Origin: Candidatus Latescibacterota bacterium
GTDB taxonomy: Bacteria; Latescibacterota; UBA2968; UBA8231
DNA length: 64,000 nt
Reading direction: 5' to 3'
Assembly (NCBI GenBank): GCA_965248265.1
Contig: CBDFJF010000001.1
Span: 320,001-384,000 of the forward strand
A program made the position numbers and the translations under genes. The notes below the pieces were generated by a model. That model did not search any database. It worked only from the letters and a program-made list of their open reading frames with translations, and was not told the DNA's origin. This document shows, one piece after another, positions 20,467 through 29,898 of this stretch (position 1 is the first letter of the stretch; every line of letters begins with the position of its first letter).

Positions 20467-20988
20467 ATGAATGTGCCTCGGATCGTAGGTGTTCATGCAA
20501 CCTCGATCCGATTCTGTCTTCTTTTCATGTGCTACCTGGGCCTGCTGGCGCTGGCGCTGGAGTGGCGCCAGGACCTGTTTGGCACAGCCTACATGTACCC
20601 GGTATCCGCGGTAGCCGCCTTCCTGCTCAACACCCTGGGAATTCCGGCCGAACTGCTGACGGAGCAGATCCCTCACGGCTTCTGTGAGCTGCTGGTCAGC
20701 GAGATCATCTACCGGGTTACGTTCGATTGCACTGGCATCTTCGCGCTTCAGGTCTTCGTCGCGCTGACCCTGGCCTACCCGGCTGCGACGCGGGCAAAAG
20801 GCGAGGCACTGCTGCTGGGGGTTCCCGCGATATTCGTCTTTAGTTCGCTTCGACTCGTGGTGCTGGGGATGGTAGCCCAGTTCCAGCCTCAGTGGATCGA
20901 TCTGTTCCACGTCTACGTCATGGAGCTGGCCACCCTCGGGTTCATGCTGTTCGTGTGGAAATACTGGATCGATGAGCTGAATCGATGA
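20467..20988 (+). CDS. Exosortase/archaeosortase family transpeptidase (XrtH-like)
   Basis: Multi-TM protein with Cys in VTFDCTG, Arg in SSLRL and His in LFHVY, in the order of the exosortase Cys-Arg-His triad. Confidence 0.82.
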   Translation: MNVPRIVGVHATSIRFCLLFMCYLGLLALALEWRQDLFGTAYMYPVSAVAAFLLNTLGIPAELLTEQIPHGFCELLVSEIIYRVTFDCTGIFALQVFVALTLAYPAATRAKGEALLLGVPAIFVFSSLRLVVLGMVAQFQPQWIDLFHVYVMELATLGFMLFVWKYWIDELNR

Positions 20989-21590
20989 GATGGTCTTCAG
21001 TTACGGACTGGCCGCTGCCAGTCCCCCTGCAGTTTCTGGTGCGTTTCGCTGTGGTGGCGGGTATGCTCTTCCTGTTCCGTGAACGCCTGGCCGAGCTCTA
21101 CCTGTCGACTATGGTGCCCACCGTCAACGGCCTTTTCAATCTCGAAGAGCTGGGAGTCGTTTACCGGCAGCAACGGCACGTATTGTTGCTGGTGTACGAG
21201 GAGCTGGGATTCCATTTCAGGGTCCACGACATCATCTATCAGAACGTGATGGTGACGATCGCACTGTTCGCGGCCACACCGGGCTATTCGCTGCGCTGGC
21301 GAGCAGGATGGACCGCGGTGGTGCTGGCGTTGCTGTGGTTAACCCACGCGGCCAGCCTCTACATGGGAGGGTATGTGATAATATGGGACTACCTGGAGAG
21401 TCTGGGCGCAGGGGAGAGACAGGATCTGGCACGACAAATAGGTGATGCCTTTCCCCGGGACCGGGACTGGCTCTTCAGCCATCTGTTTGGGTTGTGGCAC
21501 ACCTGGGGACGTCCTACCCTGGCCCTGCTCATCTGGCTCTTCGCGGCCCGGCGCTTCCTGCGCCTGTCCACGACGAGAGAAGAGGGATGA
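20985..21590 (+). CDS. Exosortase-associated integral membrane protein
   Basis: Four to five hydrophobic segments, ALFAATP motif, ATGA overlap with the exosortase gene. Confidence 0.65.
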   Translation: MRWSSVTDWPLPVPLQFLVRFAVVAGMLFLFRERLAELYLSTMVPTVNGLFNLEELGVVYRQQRHVLLLVYEELGFHFRVHDIIYQNVMVTIALFAATPGYSLRWRAGWTAVVLALLWLTHAASLYMGGYVIIWDYLESLGAGERQDLARQIGDAFPRDRDWLFSHLFGLWHTWGRPTLALLIWLFAARRFLRLSTTREEG

Positions 21591-21599
21591 AGCGGTTGG

Positions 21600-21938
21600 T
21601 TACGAAGAGGCGGAAGCGACATGCTGGCGCAGGAGTTCCTTGGTTTGACGTTGGGCCATTTCCAGGGTGCGCTGGCTGCGTGCATGCTTGTATCCTGCCT
21701 CAGAGGTCGTCCGCCAGGTATTCGATCGGGCTGAGGGAACGGCCGGCGTCATGCTGGTCTGAAGCTCCTGAATGCCGATCAGCGCCGTCGTCACACCGAG
21801 GAATACGGCCAGTCCAATGCCGGCTAGCCAGACGCCTCGAACTATCAAACGGAGGGAGTTCAGGAGCCGGTCGACGGCAGTATTTTCCCTCCACGAGGGC
21901 TGAGCACAGCTGAGCATGCGGTGCGTTATCTGGGTCAT
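21600..21938 (-). CDS. Small hypothetical protein with one TM segment
   Basis: Hydrophobic GVWLAGIGLAVFLGVTTALIGI. Lies downstream of a consensus sigma-54 promoter. Start uncertain. Confidence 0.5.
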   Translation of the reverse strand: MTQITHRMLSCAQPSWRENTAVDRLLNSLRLIVRGVWLAGIGLAVFLGVTTALIGIQELQTSMTPAVPSARSNTWRTTSEAGYKHARSQRTLEMAQRQTKELLRQHVASASS

Positions 21939-22029
21939 AATCAATTGTTTTTAATATAGTTAGCTTGTATTCCTGTCAGTGGGACACAATTGCTCGTGGC
22001 CTTCGGCAAGAAATGACGAAGAAACACAC

Positions 22030-22044
22030 GCAACTCGCGTGCCA
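22030..22044 (-). promoter_or_regulatory. sigma-54 (-24/-12) promoter TGGCACGCGAGTTGC
   Basis: Exact match to TGGCACG-N4-TTGC on the minus strand in an intergenic region. Confidence 0.75.
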
Positions 22045-22087
22045 CGAGGACAGCCGCGTGCGCGAATAGTTGGCCAAACAGCAGGCT

Positions 22088-22115
22088 TTGACTGACGATA
22101 GTGGGCACTTATAAT
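22088..22115 (+). promoter_or_regulatory. sigma70-like promoter TTGACT-N16-TATAAT for the repeat beta-propeller gene
   Basis: Near-consensus hexamers 50 nt upstream of the start. Confidence 0.6.
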
Positions 22116-22165
22116 GCTTGAAGGGTACTCGCCAGGCTAATGTTGTTTGGTTTGCGTAACGGAGA

Positions 22166-23359
22166 GTGGTTTTGATAAGACGGTTGTTGATCTACTCGAG
22201 CTTTCTCACGGCTCTGCTGTGCTGCGACGCAAGGGAGAGTTGGGCCCAGGCCTGGTTCGACGAAAGTGATCCCTTTGCCAGCGGGGATCAACTGAACGCC
22301 GTCGCCAACGATGGCACCAACGTGGTGGCGGTGGGCCAGAACAGCGCCATTTATCGCAGCGCGGACAGCGGCGACATCTGGTTCGACGAGACTGATCCCT
22401 TCGTCAGCGGGGATAACCTGAACGCCCTCATCATGGATGGCACCAACGTGGTGGCGGTAGGCCAGAACAGCGCCATCTATCGCAGCGCGGACAGCGGCGA
22501 CACCTGGATCGACGAGAGCGATCCCTTCGTGAGCGGGGATCAACTGGACGCCCTTGCCAATGATGGCGCCAACGTCGTGGCGGTGGGCAAGAATAGTGCC
22601 ATCTATCGCAGCGCCGATACCGGTAACACCTGGTTCGACGAAAGTGATCCCTTCGTCAGCGGGTTACAACTGAACGCCGTCGCCATGGATGGCGCCAACG
22701 TGGTGGCGGTGGGCAAGACCAGCGCCATCTATCGCAGCGGTGACAGCGGTAACACCTGGTTCGACGAGAGCGATCCCTTCGTCAGCGGTGACCAGCTGGA
22801 CGCCGTCGCGATGAGTGGCACCAACGTCGTGACGGTGGGTAAGAACGGCGCCATCTATCGCAGCGCTGACAGCGGCAACACCTGGTTCGACGAGAGTGAT
22901 CCCTTCGTCAGCGGGGACAACCTGACCGCCGTCGCCATGAACGGCACCAACGTCGTGACGGTGGGCCAGAATGGTGCCATCTATCGCAGCGCCGACAGCG
23001 GCAACACCTGGATCGACGAGAGTGGTCACGGCTTTGGCGTGCTTCAACTTGACGCCCTCGGCTTCTTTGGCAATGTGGTGATTGCGGTGGGCGCTACCAG
23101 CACTATCTATCGCAGCACCAACCGCGGCAATACCTGGAGCAACGAGAGCAATCCCTTCGGGAGCGGGGATAACCTGCTCGCCATCATCTCAAGAGGTGTT
23201 ACAGTGACGGTGGGCCAGAATAGCGCCATTTATCGCTATGTCACCCCTACTCCTACCGGTACTTCCATTCCCTTCCAGAGCAAGTGGCTGCTCGTCCTGA
23301 TCCTCGTGGGATGCAGCCTGTGGGCAATCAACAAGCTCAAGACTGGTTCTGGCGCGTAA
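22166..23359 (+). CDS. Secreted Asp-box/BNR (Ycf48-like) beta-propeller with IPTLxxWG-CTERM-like sorting signal
   Basis: Signal peptide ending ESWA-Q. Eight 42-aa repeats with SxDxGxTW. C-terminus PTPTGTS-IPFQSKW-LLVLILVGCSLWAI-NKLK. Confidence 0.85.
   Translation: MVLIRRLLIYSSFLTALLCCDARESWAQAWFDESDPFASGDQLNAVANDGTNVVAVGQNSAIYRSADSGDIWFDETDPFVSGDNLNALIMDGTNVVAVGQNSAIYRSADSGDTWIDESDPFVSGDQLDALANDGANVVAVGKNSAIYRSADTGNTWFDESDPFVSGLQLNAVAMDGANVVAVGKTSAIYRSGDSGNTWFDESDPFVSGDQLDAVAMSGTNVVTVGKNGAIYRSADSGNTWFDESDPFVSGDNLTAVAMNGTNVVTVGQNGAIYRSADSGNTWIDESGHGFGVLQLDALGFFGNVVIAVGATSTIYRSTNRGNTWSNESNPFGSGDNLLAIISRGVTVTVGQNSAIYRYVTPTPTGTSIPFQSKWLLVLILVGCSLWAINKLKTGSGA
22253..23240 (+). repeat. 126-bp tandem repeat, about 8 units
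   Basis: Trp codons starting each unit at 22253, 22379, 22505, 22631, 22757, 22883, 23009 and 23135. The first six units are nearly identical at DNA level. Confidence 0.95.
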
Positions 23360-23402
23360 CCGCATACAATTTCTGGATTAATCGGGCGAAGAAGAGCGCA
23401 CG

Positions 23403-25991
23403 ATGGGTCGGTACGCCTTCACAATTTTCATGAGTGCCTTCCTGTTGTTCGCGGTGCAGCCACTGATGGGCAAGTACGTACTCCCATGGTTTGGCGGCGG
23501 CCCAGGTGTATGGACAGCATGCATGCTGTTCTTCCAGTGCGTCCTGTTGGCCGGCTACTGCTACGCGCACCTGATAGGCAGTAAACTGCGTCCGGGCAAG
23601 CAGAGGATGCTGCATCTGGGCGTCCTTGCCCTATCACTGTTGCTTCTGCCGATTGCGCCGGAGCCGAGCTGGAAGCCAACGGGAACAGAGCAACCCACGC
23701 CATATATTCTGTTCCTGCTGTTGGTCAATATTGGCGCGCCTTTCGCGCTACTTTCCTCGACGGGCCCACTGCTCTCCCGCTGGTTCAGCCACTCCTTTCC
23801 AGATCGATCACCCTACCGACTGTATTCGTTGTCGAACGCAGGCTCACTGCTGGCACTGTTGAGTTATCCATTCGTGGTAGAGCCCCTTTTGGCGTTGGGC
23901 ACGCAAGCCTGGGTCTGGTCGTCAGGGTACGGCGTGTTCGTGCTGTTGTGCGGGTGGTGCGCATGGCAGTTCGGCCGCTCTGGTGAGCAGACCTCACAGA
24001 CACTGAACGACCCGATGACGGAGAAGGCAGAGCTGAGCGCAAACCCGAGCGGCACGGACAGGGTGCTGTGGCTGGGTCTGGCTGCCTGCGCTTCGCTCAT
24101 GCTGCTGGCGACTACCCACCAGGTCTCTCAGGACCTGGCGGTGGTTCCGCTGCTTTGGGTGCTGCCATTGGCGCTTTATCTGTTGTCCTTCATTCTCTGC
24201 TTCGATCACGACTGGTGGTACAAGCGATGGATTTTTGCGCCAGCGTTGGCGGGTGGGGCCCTGGCGGTCGTGTACATGATGCCGCGGGATCTGACACTGA
24301 GCGTGTGGATTCAGATCAGCGTTTACTCAATAACGCTGTTTGCCTGTTGCATGGTTTGCCACGGCGAATTGGTGCGAATCAAGCCCAGCGCCGACCATCT
24401 CACAGGATTTTACCTCATCATCGGCATCGGCGGAGCACTGGGTGGCGTCGCGGTAGCCGTGGTAGCACCCATTGTACTGAAGGACTACTGGGAGTACCAC
24501 CTGGGGCTGATGGCGACAGGTCTGTTAGCGATGGTATGCGTGCAGCGGGATGCCAAAAGACGCAGACCTGGCATGTTTGAAAAAAGCCTGAAGGATAGGT
24601 TCCTGGCGAATCCACGACTGTCGTTGGCATGGGGAGCAACCCTCTTAGTGTTTGCCGTAGTGGTCGTGGGCCTGGTGCGGGATGTGGTTCAAGATCACGA
24701 AAGGGCCATAGAATCCGCACGGAGCTTTTTCGGAGTCATTCACATCCTGGAGACCGACAAGGTGCGGTTGATGGAGCATGGCCGAAGCCTGCACGGTACA
24801 CAGTCCCTCCATCCCAGCATGCGGAAGGTGCCAACCACCTACTTCGGGAGAAAAAGTGGTATAGGTATCGCGCTGGATGAGTACCGCCGCTTACAGACGC
24901 CTCGTACTGCATCCGGGCCGAATGATACCACCCTTCGAATTGGGGTCACTGGCCTGGGAGCAGGAACCATTGCCGCCTTGACCCGGCCCGGCGACTACCT
25001 GCGTTTCTACGAGATCGATCCGAAGATCGAACCCATAGCCCGCAAATACTTCACGTACCTGGATGATGCCGCAGCGGAGGTGGATGTCATTTTCGGCGAT
25101 GCCCGCATGATGCTCGAGCGCGAGGCTCAGAACGGCCTGTACCAGGGTTTTGATGTGTTCGCCATCGACGCCTTTACCAGCGACGCAGTACCGCTGCACC
25201 TGCTCACCCGCGAAGCAATGGAGCTGTACCTGGCGCACCTCAAGCCCGATGGTTTACTGGCATTCAATGTCTCCAACCGCTATGTGAATCTATCTGCCGT
25301 GGCACGGGGCCTGGCAGAGAGCGCAAATCGCCAGTCAGTGCGAATCTACACGACCGGACGGGGCATGTTTGAGGCGCTCCCCGCCGACTGGGTCATCGTC
25401 ACGGACAACCCATCCTTTCACGCAGCCGAAGCGGTTCGGGTGATGGCCACGGAGTGGTCCAATGATGAATCTCTGCCCATCCTGTGGACGGACGAATACG
25501 CCAGCCTGTGGCGTGCGGTGGCAGCTAATGATGGTCGTCACAAAGGGAAATGGGATGCGGCGCCTAACAAGGGTCAGTTCGTGCTGGATAATGCCCAATT
25601 GATATCGGATGCCGACTTCGATGGGATCCAATGGTTGTGTCGAAAACTCTACCACGATACTGGTGGTACGCGTGCGATCATAGTAGCGGCGACGAAGGCA
25701 ATACCCAAAATTCGGGGCCGTTCGATTTCCCCTTACGACTATACAGAGTACTTGTACCGAAAGCTCGGATTGTCGGAACGCGAAAGGATTTCTGGCCTGA
25801 TAATCCTGATATCCACTACCCACGACCTCGCGTTTATCAAGATGTCTGAAGACTGGCCACCAGACCTACAGCAGCAGGTAACACAGGTCATCTCCACGAT
25901 GATGGCTGACGGAACCACCGTCAGCGTGTTCTCCGAACGACTGCTATCGGGTATCGAGACCCTTGACGACCTGGTACGCCACGCACCGTAG
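23403..25991 (+). CDS. Fused membrane/spermidine-synthase-like SAM-binding protein with C-terminal TPM-like domain
   Basis: LLFAVQPLMGK..LPWFGG, CHGEL, GLGAGT, YEIDP, GDAR, DAFTSD, WTDEY. Then VLDNAQLIS...LYRKLGL...GLIILIS, which is TPM-like. Confidence 0.82.
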   Translation: MGRYAFTIFMSAFLLFAVQPLMGKYVLPWFGGGPGVWTACMLFFQCVLLAGYCYAHLIGSKLRPGKQRMLHLGVLALSLLLLPIAPEPSWKPTGTEQPTPYILFLLLVNIGAPFALLSSTGPLLSRWFSHSFPDRSPYRLYSLSNAGSLLALLSYPFVVEPLLALGTQAWVWSSGYGVFVLLCGWCAWQFGRSGEQTSQTLNDPMTEKAELSANPSGTDRVLWLGLAACASLMLLATTHQVSQDLAVVPLLWVLPLALYLLSFILCFDHDWWYKRWIFAPALAGGALAVVYMMPRDLTLSVWIQISVYSITLFACCMVCHGELVRIKPSADHLTGFYLIIGIGGALGGVAVAVVAPIVLKDYWEYHLGLMATGLLAMVCVQRDAKRRRPGMFEKSLKDRFLANPRLSLAWGATLLVFAVVVVGLVRDVVQDHERAIESARSFFGVIHILETDKVRLMEHGRSLHGTQSLHPSMRKVPTTYFGRKSGIGIALDEYRRLQTPRTASGPNDTTLRIGVTGLGAGTIAALTRPGDYLRFYEIDPKIEPIARKYFTYLDDAAAEVDVIFGDARMMLEREAQNGLYQGFDVFAIDAFTSDAVPLHLLTREAMELYLAHLKPDGLLAFNVSNRYVNLSAVARGLAESANRQSVRIYTTGRGMFEALPADWVIVTDNPSFHAAEAVRVMATEWSNDESLPILWTDEYASLWRAVAANDGRHKGKWDAAPNKGQFVLDNAQLISDADFDGIQWLCRKLYHDTGGTRAIIVAATKAIPKIRGRSISPYDYTEYLYRKLGLSERERISGLIILISTTHDLAFIKMSEDWPPDLQQQVTQVISTMMADGTTVSVFSERLLSGIETLDDLVRHAP

Positions 25992-26021
25992 CCGACGTCA
26001 CGCGGTCCGGGGGACGCGCCG

Positions 26022-27815
26022 TCACCGTCGATCGAGCGCATTCCGAATCCCGTCGCGCAGCTCCTGAAAAGCGACCGGCTTAACGATGACGGCCTCCACA
26101 CGGTCGATGAGCTCCGGGTCCGGTTCATGGCCCGTGAGCAGGACAATCGAAACCTTGTCGTCTCGTCTTCGGAGTTCTTCGAGGACCTCCTCTCCCGACA
26201 TCCTGGGCATCGACAAATCGAGCAGGACCAGATCGATGACGCCCCGTTCGCTGTCGAAGGTGCTGAGGCCCTCCTGTCCGTCAGCGCTCTCAAGCACGGT
26301 GTACCCGGCCCGCTCCAACATCAAGGCGATCGTCCTGCGGACGGTAGTCTCGTCCTCCACCAGCAGAATCGTCTCTGTGTTGCTGGATACGGTGCGCCGA
26401 GGAGTTTCCTGGTTTTGAACGGCGGGCACGGCCGGGGGCGAAACCGGCAGATATACGGTGAAGGTGCTGCCCTCCCCAGGCTTGCTCTCGCAGTCGATCC
26501 AGCCCCCATGCTGCTCGACAATGCCATAAGCCGTCGACAGACCAAGTCCAGTGCCCTTACCGACCTCTTTGGTGGTGAAGAACGGCTCAAATGCCCGGCG
26601 CTGGGTCTCGTCGTCCATCCCGACGCCCTGGTCCGAGATCCGCGCGCGGATGAATTCGCCATTGCGCTCTCGGTTACCGGCATCGCCGTCGCTCGGCAAC
26701 GTCTGGACATCGACTTCGATTCCCATGGAAGGAGAAGGATGCCGACTCTCGGCGATGGCGTCCCGGGCATTGAGGCACAGGTTCAGGACCACCTGCTCGA
26801 TCTGCTCCGGATGGCCACAGACCGGCAGCAATGAACCCGTCTCTAAACGGATGGTGATTTTGGGATCGAACGTCGAGATACAGACTCGGTAGACGCCCTC
26901 GACTACGCTCGCGAAGTCGAAGACGACCCTGCCCTCGTCGACGGGTTTGCGTGTCAGGACCAGCAACTGCTTGACGATCGCCGCACCTCTAAGACTCATG
27001 TCCAGGGCGTCACCCAGGTAGCGCTGTGTGTCTGCGGGAGATCCGGAGGCAGCCAATTCGAGGCTGCCGTGAATTCCCTGAAGCAGGTTGTTGAAGTTGT
27101 GCGCCACGCCGGCGCCGAGTTGGCCAATCGCCTCCATCTTCTGCGACTGTCGAAGTCGCTCTTCCAGGCGCTTGCTGGTAGTGATGTCGATGACGATGAC
27201 TTCAACGGCGCTGACCTCGCCATCCGCATCGAACACGGGAAAGCAGGAGCCGGTAGCCCACTTGACCTCCCCACTCTTGTGGATCAAACGGAATCCCTGG
27301 TTCGTCGTGGTTTCACCCCGCGCCGCGTTCCTGAATGCACTCAGGCCGCCGCGGTGATCTTCTCCCCGCGTGAGGCGCCAACCAATCCGGCTGTCCGAGT
27401 AGAATTCCTCCGGGGTGTATCCAGTCAGTTCCTGCATCTTCGGACTGACGTAAACGTAGCGGCCGGACAGGTCCATCAACATCACGCCCAGACTGGGCAT
27501 TTCGACCAGATTCCGGTAGCGTGCCTCCGAGGCCTCGAGCCTTCCAAGGTCAAGCAATCGTTGCCGCGTCTCTTCATTGAGCTCTCGCCAGCGGCGAAAG
27601 CTGAACACGCCAAGGGCAATCGCAAGCACAACGAGACCAGTCACAAGCTCCTCGAGCGGCCAACGGTTCTGCGTTTGAGTCAGTGACGCCAGGCCGTCGA
27701 AGAGGTCGAAGTAGGAAACCAGGCAGAAGGCAGCGGCACAGCCCAACAGAGTGAGCACGAGATCCTTCTTCGCGCTCGAAGCGAAGTTCGCGAAACTAGC
27801 GTGGCGCTCGCTCAC
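26022..27815 (-). CDS. Membrane-bound hybrid sensor histidine kinase (2 TM, PAS, HisKA, HATPase, REC)
   Basis: QSQKMEAIGQLGAGVAHNFNNLL, NLCLNARDA, FEPFFTTK..GKGTGLGL, LLVEDE..LLDLSMP. Confidence 0.93.
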   Translation of the reverse strand: MSERHASFANFASSAKKDLVLTLLGCAAAFCLVSYFDLFDGLASLTQTQNRWPLEELVTGLVVLAIALGVFSFRRWRELNEETRQRLLDLGRLEASEARYRNLVEMPSLGVMLMDLSGRYVYVSPKMQELTGYTPEEFYSDSRIGWRLTRGEDHRGGLSAFRNAARGETTTNQGFRLIHKSGEVKWATGSCFPVFDADGEVSAVEVIVIDITTSKRLEERLRQSQKMEAIGQLGAGVAHNFNNLLQGIHGSLELAASGSPADTQRYLGDALDMSLRGAAIVKQLLVLTRKPVDEGRVVFDFASVVEGVYRVCISTFDPKITIRLETGSLLPVCGHPEQIEQVVLNLCLNARDAIAESRHPSPSMGIEVDVQTLPSDGDAGNRERNGEFIRARISDQGVGMDDETQRRAFEPFFTTKEVGKGTGLGLSTAYGIVEQHGGWIDCESKPGEGSTFTVYLPVSPPAVPAVQNQETPRRTVSSNTETILLVEDETTVRRTIALMLERAGYTVLESADGQEGLSTFDSERGVIDLVLLDLSMPRMSGEEVLEELRRRDDKVSIVLLTGHEPDPELIDRVEAVIVKPVAFQELRDGIRNALDRR

Positions 27816-27926
27816 GGCAGCTGGGTAGTCCGGTTAGCGGGTGGTGAGGGGAAGGCGATGGCTGAGCTAATTTACCAAAGGCCGGGACTTCGCCAAACTT
27901 GCCGAATCGAAAAGGAGGCTCGGAGG

Positions 27927-28953
27927 ATGGCGAAGTTGCGAATGGGGGTGGTCGGTCTTGGTATGGGGAGAGGCCACGCGCAGGGATATCTGGAACATGA
28001 CGACGTAGATGAAGTTGTGTTGTGTGATGTCGATGTGTCGAGACTGCAGACTGTCGGGGATGAACTCGGCGTGAGTGAGCGCTACGGCGACCCCACGACC
28101 ATGTTCCGGACGGCAGGCTTGGATGGTGTCAGTATCGCAGTACCCAACGTCCTGCACGCGCCGTTGACGATTGACGCCCTGAAGCAGGGACTGCACGTGT
28201 TGTGTGAAAAGCCGATGGCGACGACGGTGGCCGAGGCCCGCAGGATGACGCTGCGGCGGCCAAGGCTGAGCGCAATCTGATGATCAACTACTCGCAGCGG
28301 TTCACGGATGCCTCAATGGCGGCCAAGGAGCAGGTCGACGCTGGTGCTCTGGGCCCCGTCTACTTTGGGCGCACGGTCTGGCATCGGCGCCAAGGGGTAC
28401 CCGTGTTCGGTGGCTGGTTCGGCCTTCAGGCGATGTCAGGCGGGGGACCGCTGATGGACCTGGGCGTACACCGCCTCGACCTCGCCCTCTGGTTGATGGG
28501 GTACCCCGAACCCGTCGCGGTCAGCGGATCCACCTACGATGTGATTGTCCCGCCCCTGGCCCGGAAGCAGAGGAGGAAGTTCGACGTCGAAGACCTGGCA
28601 TGCGGTTTGATCAAGTTCGACGACGGCGAGACGCTTATTCTGGAAGCCAGTTGGGCGGTAAATCTTCCCGGCGATGACTACATGATCACGTCGCTCTCTG
28701 GTGCCAGGGGAGGCCTCGTGCACCGCTACGGGGCGGAGATTTATTCCGAGGAAAACGGCAGCCAGTTCACGAAAAGGCTCGATCACCGCGGCACGCCAAC
28801 ACCCTCGCCCTTCGCAGAGTTCGTAGACAGCATCGTTCAGGGGCGCCCGCCGTCGGCCACCGGAGAGGAGGGCCTGAAGGTGGTTAGATCCTGGAAGGCA
28901 TTTACCGCAGCGACCGAAGCGGACGGGAGGTGCGGTACCAACCCGGTCGTTGA
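27927..28953 (+). pseudogene. Gfo/Idh/MocA oxidoreductase with two frameshifts
   Basis: GVVGLGMG and VLCEKPMA, then a shift near 28248 (…RM/AAAKAERNLMINY). GGPLMDLGVH. A second shift near 28886 restores ILEGIYRS..GREVRY, ending TGA 28951-28953. Confidence 0.85.
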
Positions 28954-29226
28954 AACACCCTGTCAGATTGATCAGTCACCCATCCATACCTATTTTTGGA
29001 TGCCAACTACAGGTTGCTTGCAATGTTACCTGCAGTATCGCACAGTCGGCTCAGGTGTCGTCCTTACCCACCAGCCGCACCGTGTTCCTGTTCACGTAGG
29101 CCGCGTCCGCGTCTCGAGCCGCGCCGTAGGCATCCGCGCGCGTTTCAACTCGTGCTTCCAGTCTGCCTAGATCGGGCCACGATCCAATCCATCCATCCGG
29201 TTTGATCCGGATCTCTGGAGGCGTCC

Positions 29227-29898
29227 ATGTCTGTCCCCCGAATAACGCTGGTTGCTGTTGCTCTACTGTCGCTGGCCTGTGCCGAGGCCGAGGCTCCTGA
29301 AGTCACCGTGGAAACGGAAGATCAAAAACTGATGCACGCCGTCGGCATGGGTGTGGCCATGCAGTTTGATTTCGGTGGTCTGTTTACCGAAGAGGAACTG
29401 GTCTTCATCAAACAGGGGCTCAGCGACGTAGTGTTGCAGCGACCCACCGCCATTTCGGTGGACGACAACTTCATGCAGAGCATGAACCAGCTGGTGATGG
29501 AGCGGCGGTCCGCCGCCAATCTGGAGTCAGGCGCAGACTTCCTGGCGCAGGCGGCCTCAAAGGAAGGTGCGGTGCAAACCGCATCCGGGTTAGTGTACGT
29601 TGAGCTCGAAGCCGGGGCCGGGGCCCACCCCGGGGAAACGGATTCGGTCACCGTCCACTACGAGGGAAGCTTCACCGACGGCCGCGTTTTCGACAGCTCT
29701 CTCAAACGCGGAGAGCCCACGACCTTTATGTTGGGACAGGTAATTCCGGGATGGATCGAGGGGCTGCAGCTGATGAAGCCAGGAGGCAAGGCGAGGTTGG
29801 TAATACCAGGAGAGTTGGCCTACGGACCCAAGGGCTACAGCAACATCCCACCCAATGCCACCCTGATCTTCGAAGTCTCGCTGTTGAGTATTCAGTAG
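29227..29898 (+). CDS. FKBP-type peptidyl-prolyl isomerase (Mip/FkpA-like, lipoprotein-type signal)
   Basis: VHYEG..DGRVFDSS, VIPGWIEGL, LAYG, IPPNATLIFEV. N-terminal LSLAC. Confidence 0.93.
   Translation: MSVPRITLVAVALLSLACAEAEAPEVTVETEDQKLMHAVGMGVAMQFDFGGLFTEEELVFIKQGLSDVVLQRPTAISVDDNFMQSMNQLVMERRSAANLESGADFLAQAASKEGAVQTASGLVYVELEAGAGAHPGETDSVTVHYEGSFTDGRVFDSSLKRGEPTTFMLGQVIPGWIEGLQLMKPGGKARLVIPGELAYGPKGYSNIPPNATLIFEVSLLSIQ

Noticed and set aside
22253-23240. Regular repeats as a possible CRISPR array
   Set aside because: The period is 126 bp with no unique spacers, and the repeat is in frame within a protein-coding gene. No cas genes.
28954-29226. Long pyrimidine-rich leader upstream of the FKBP gene as a riboswitch
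   Set aside because: No known aptamer consensus or terminator recognised. An Rfam/Infernal scan would be needed.
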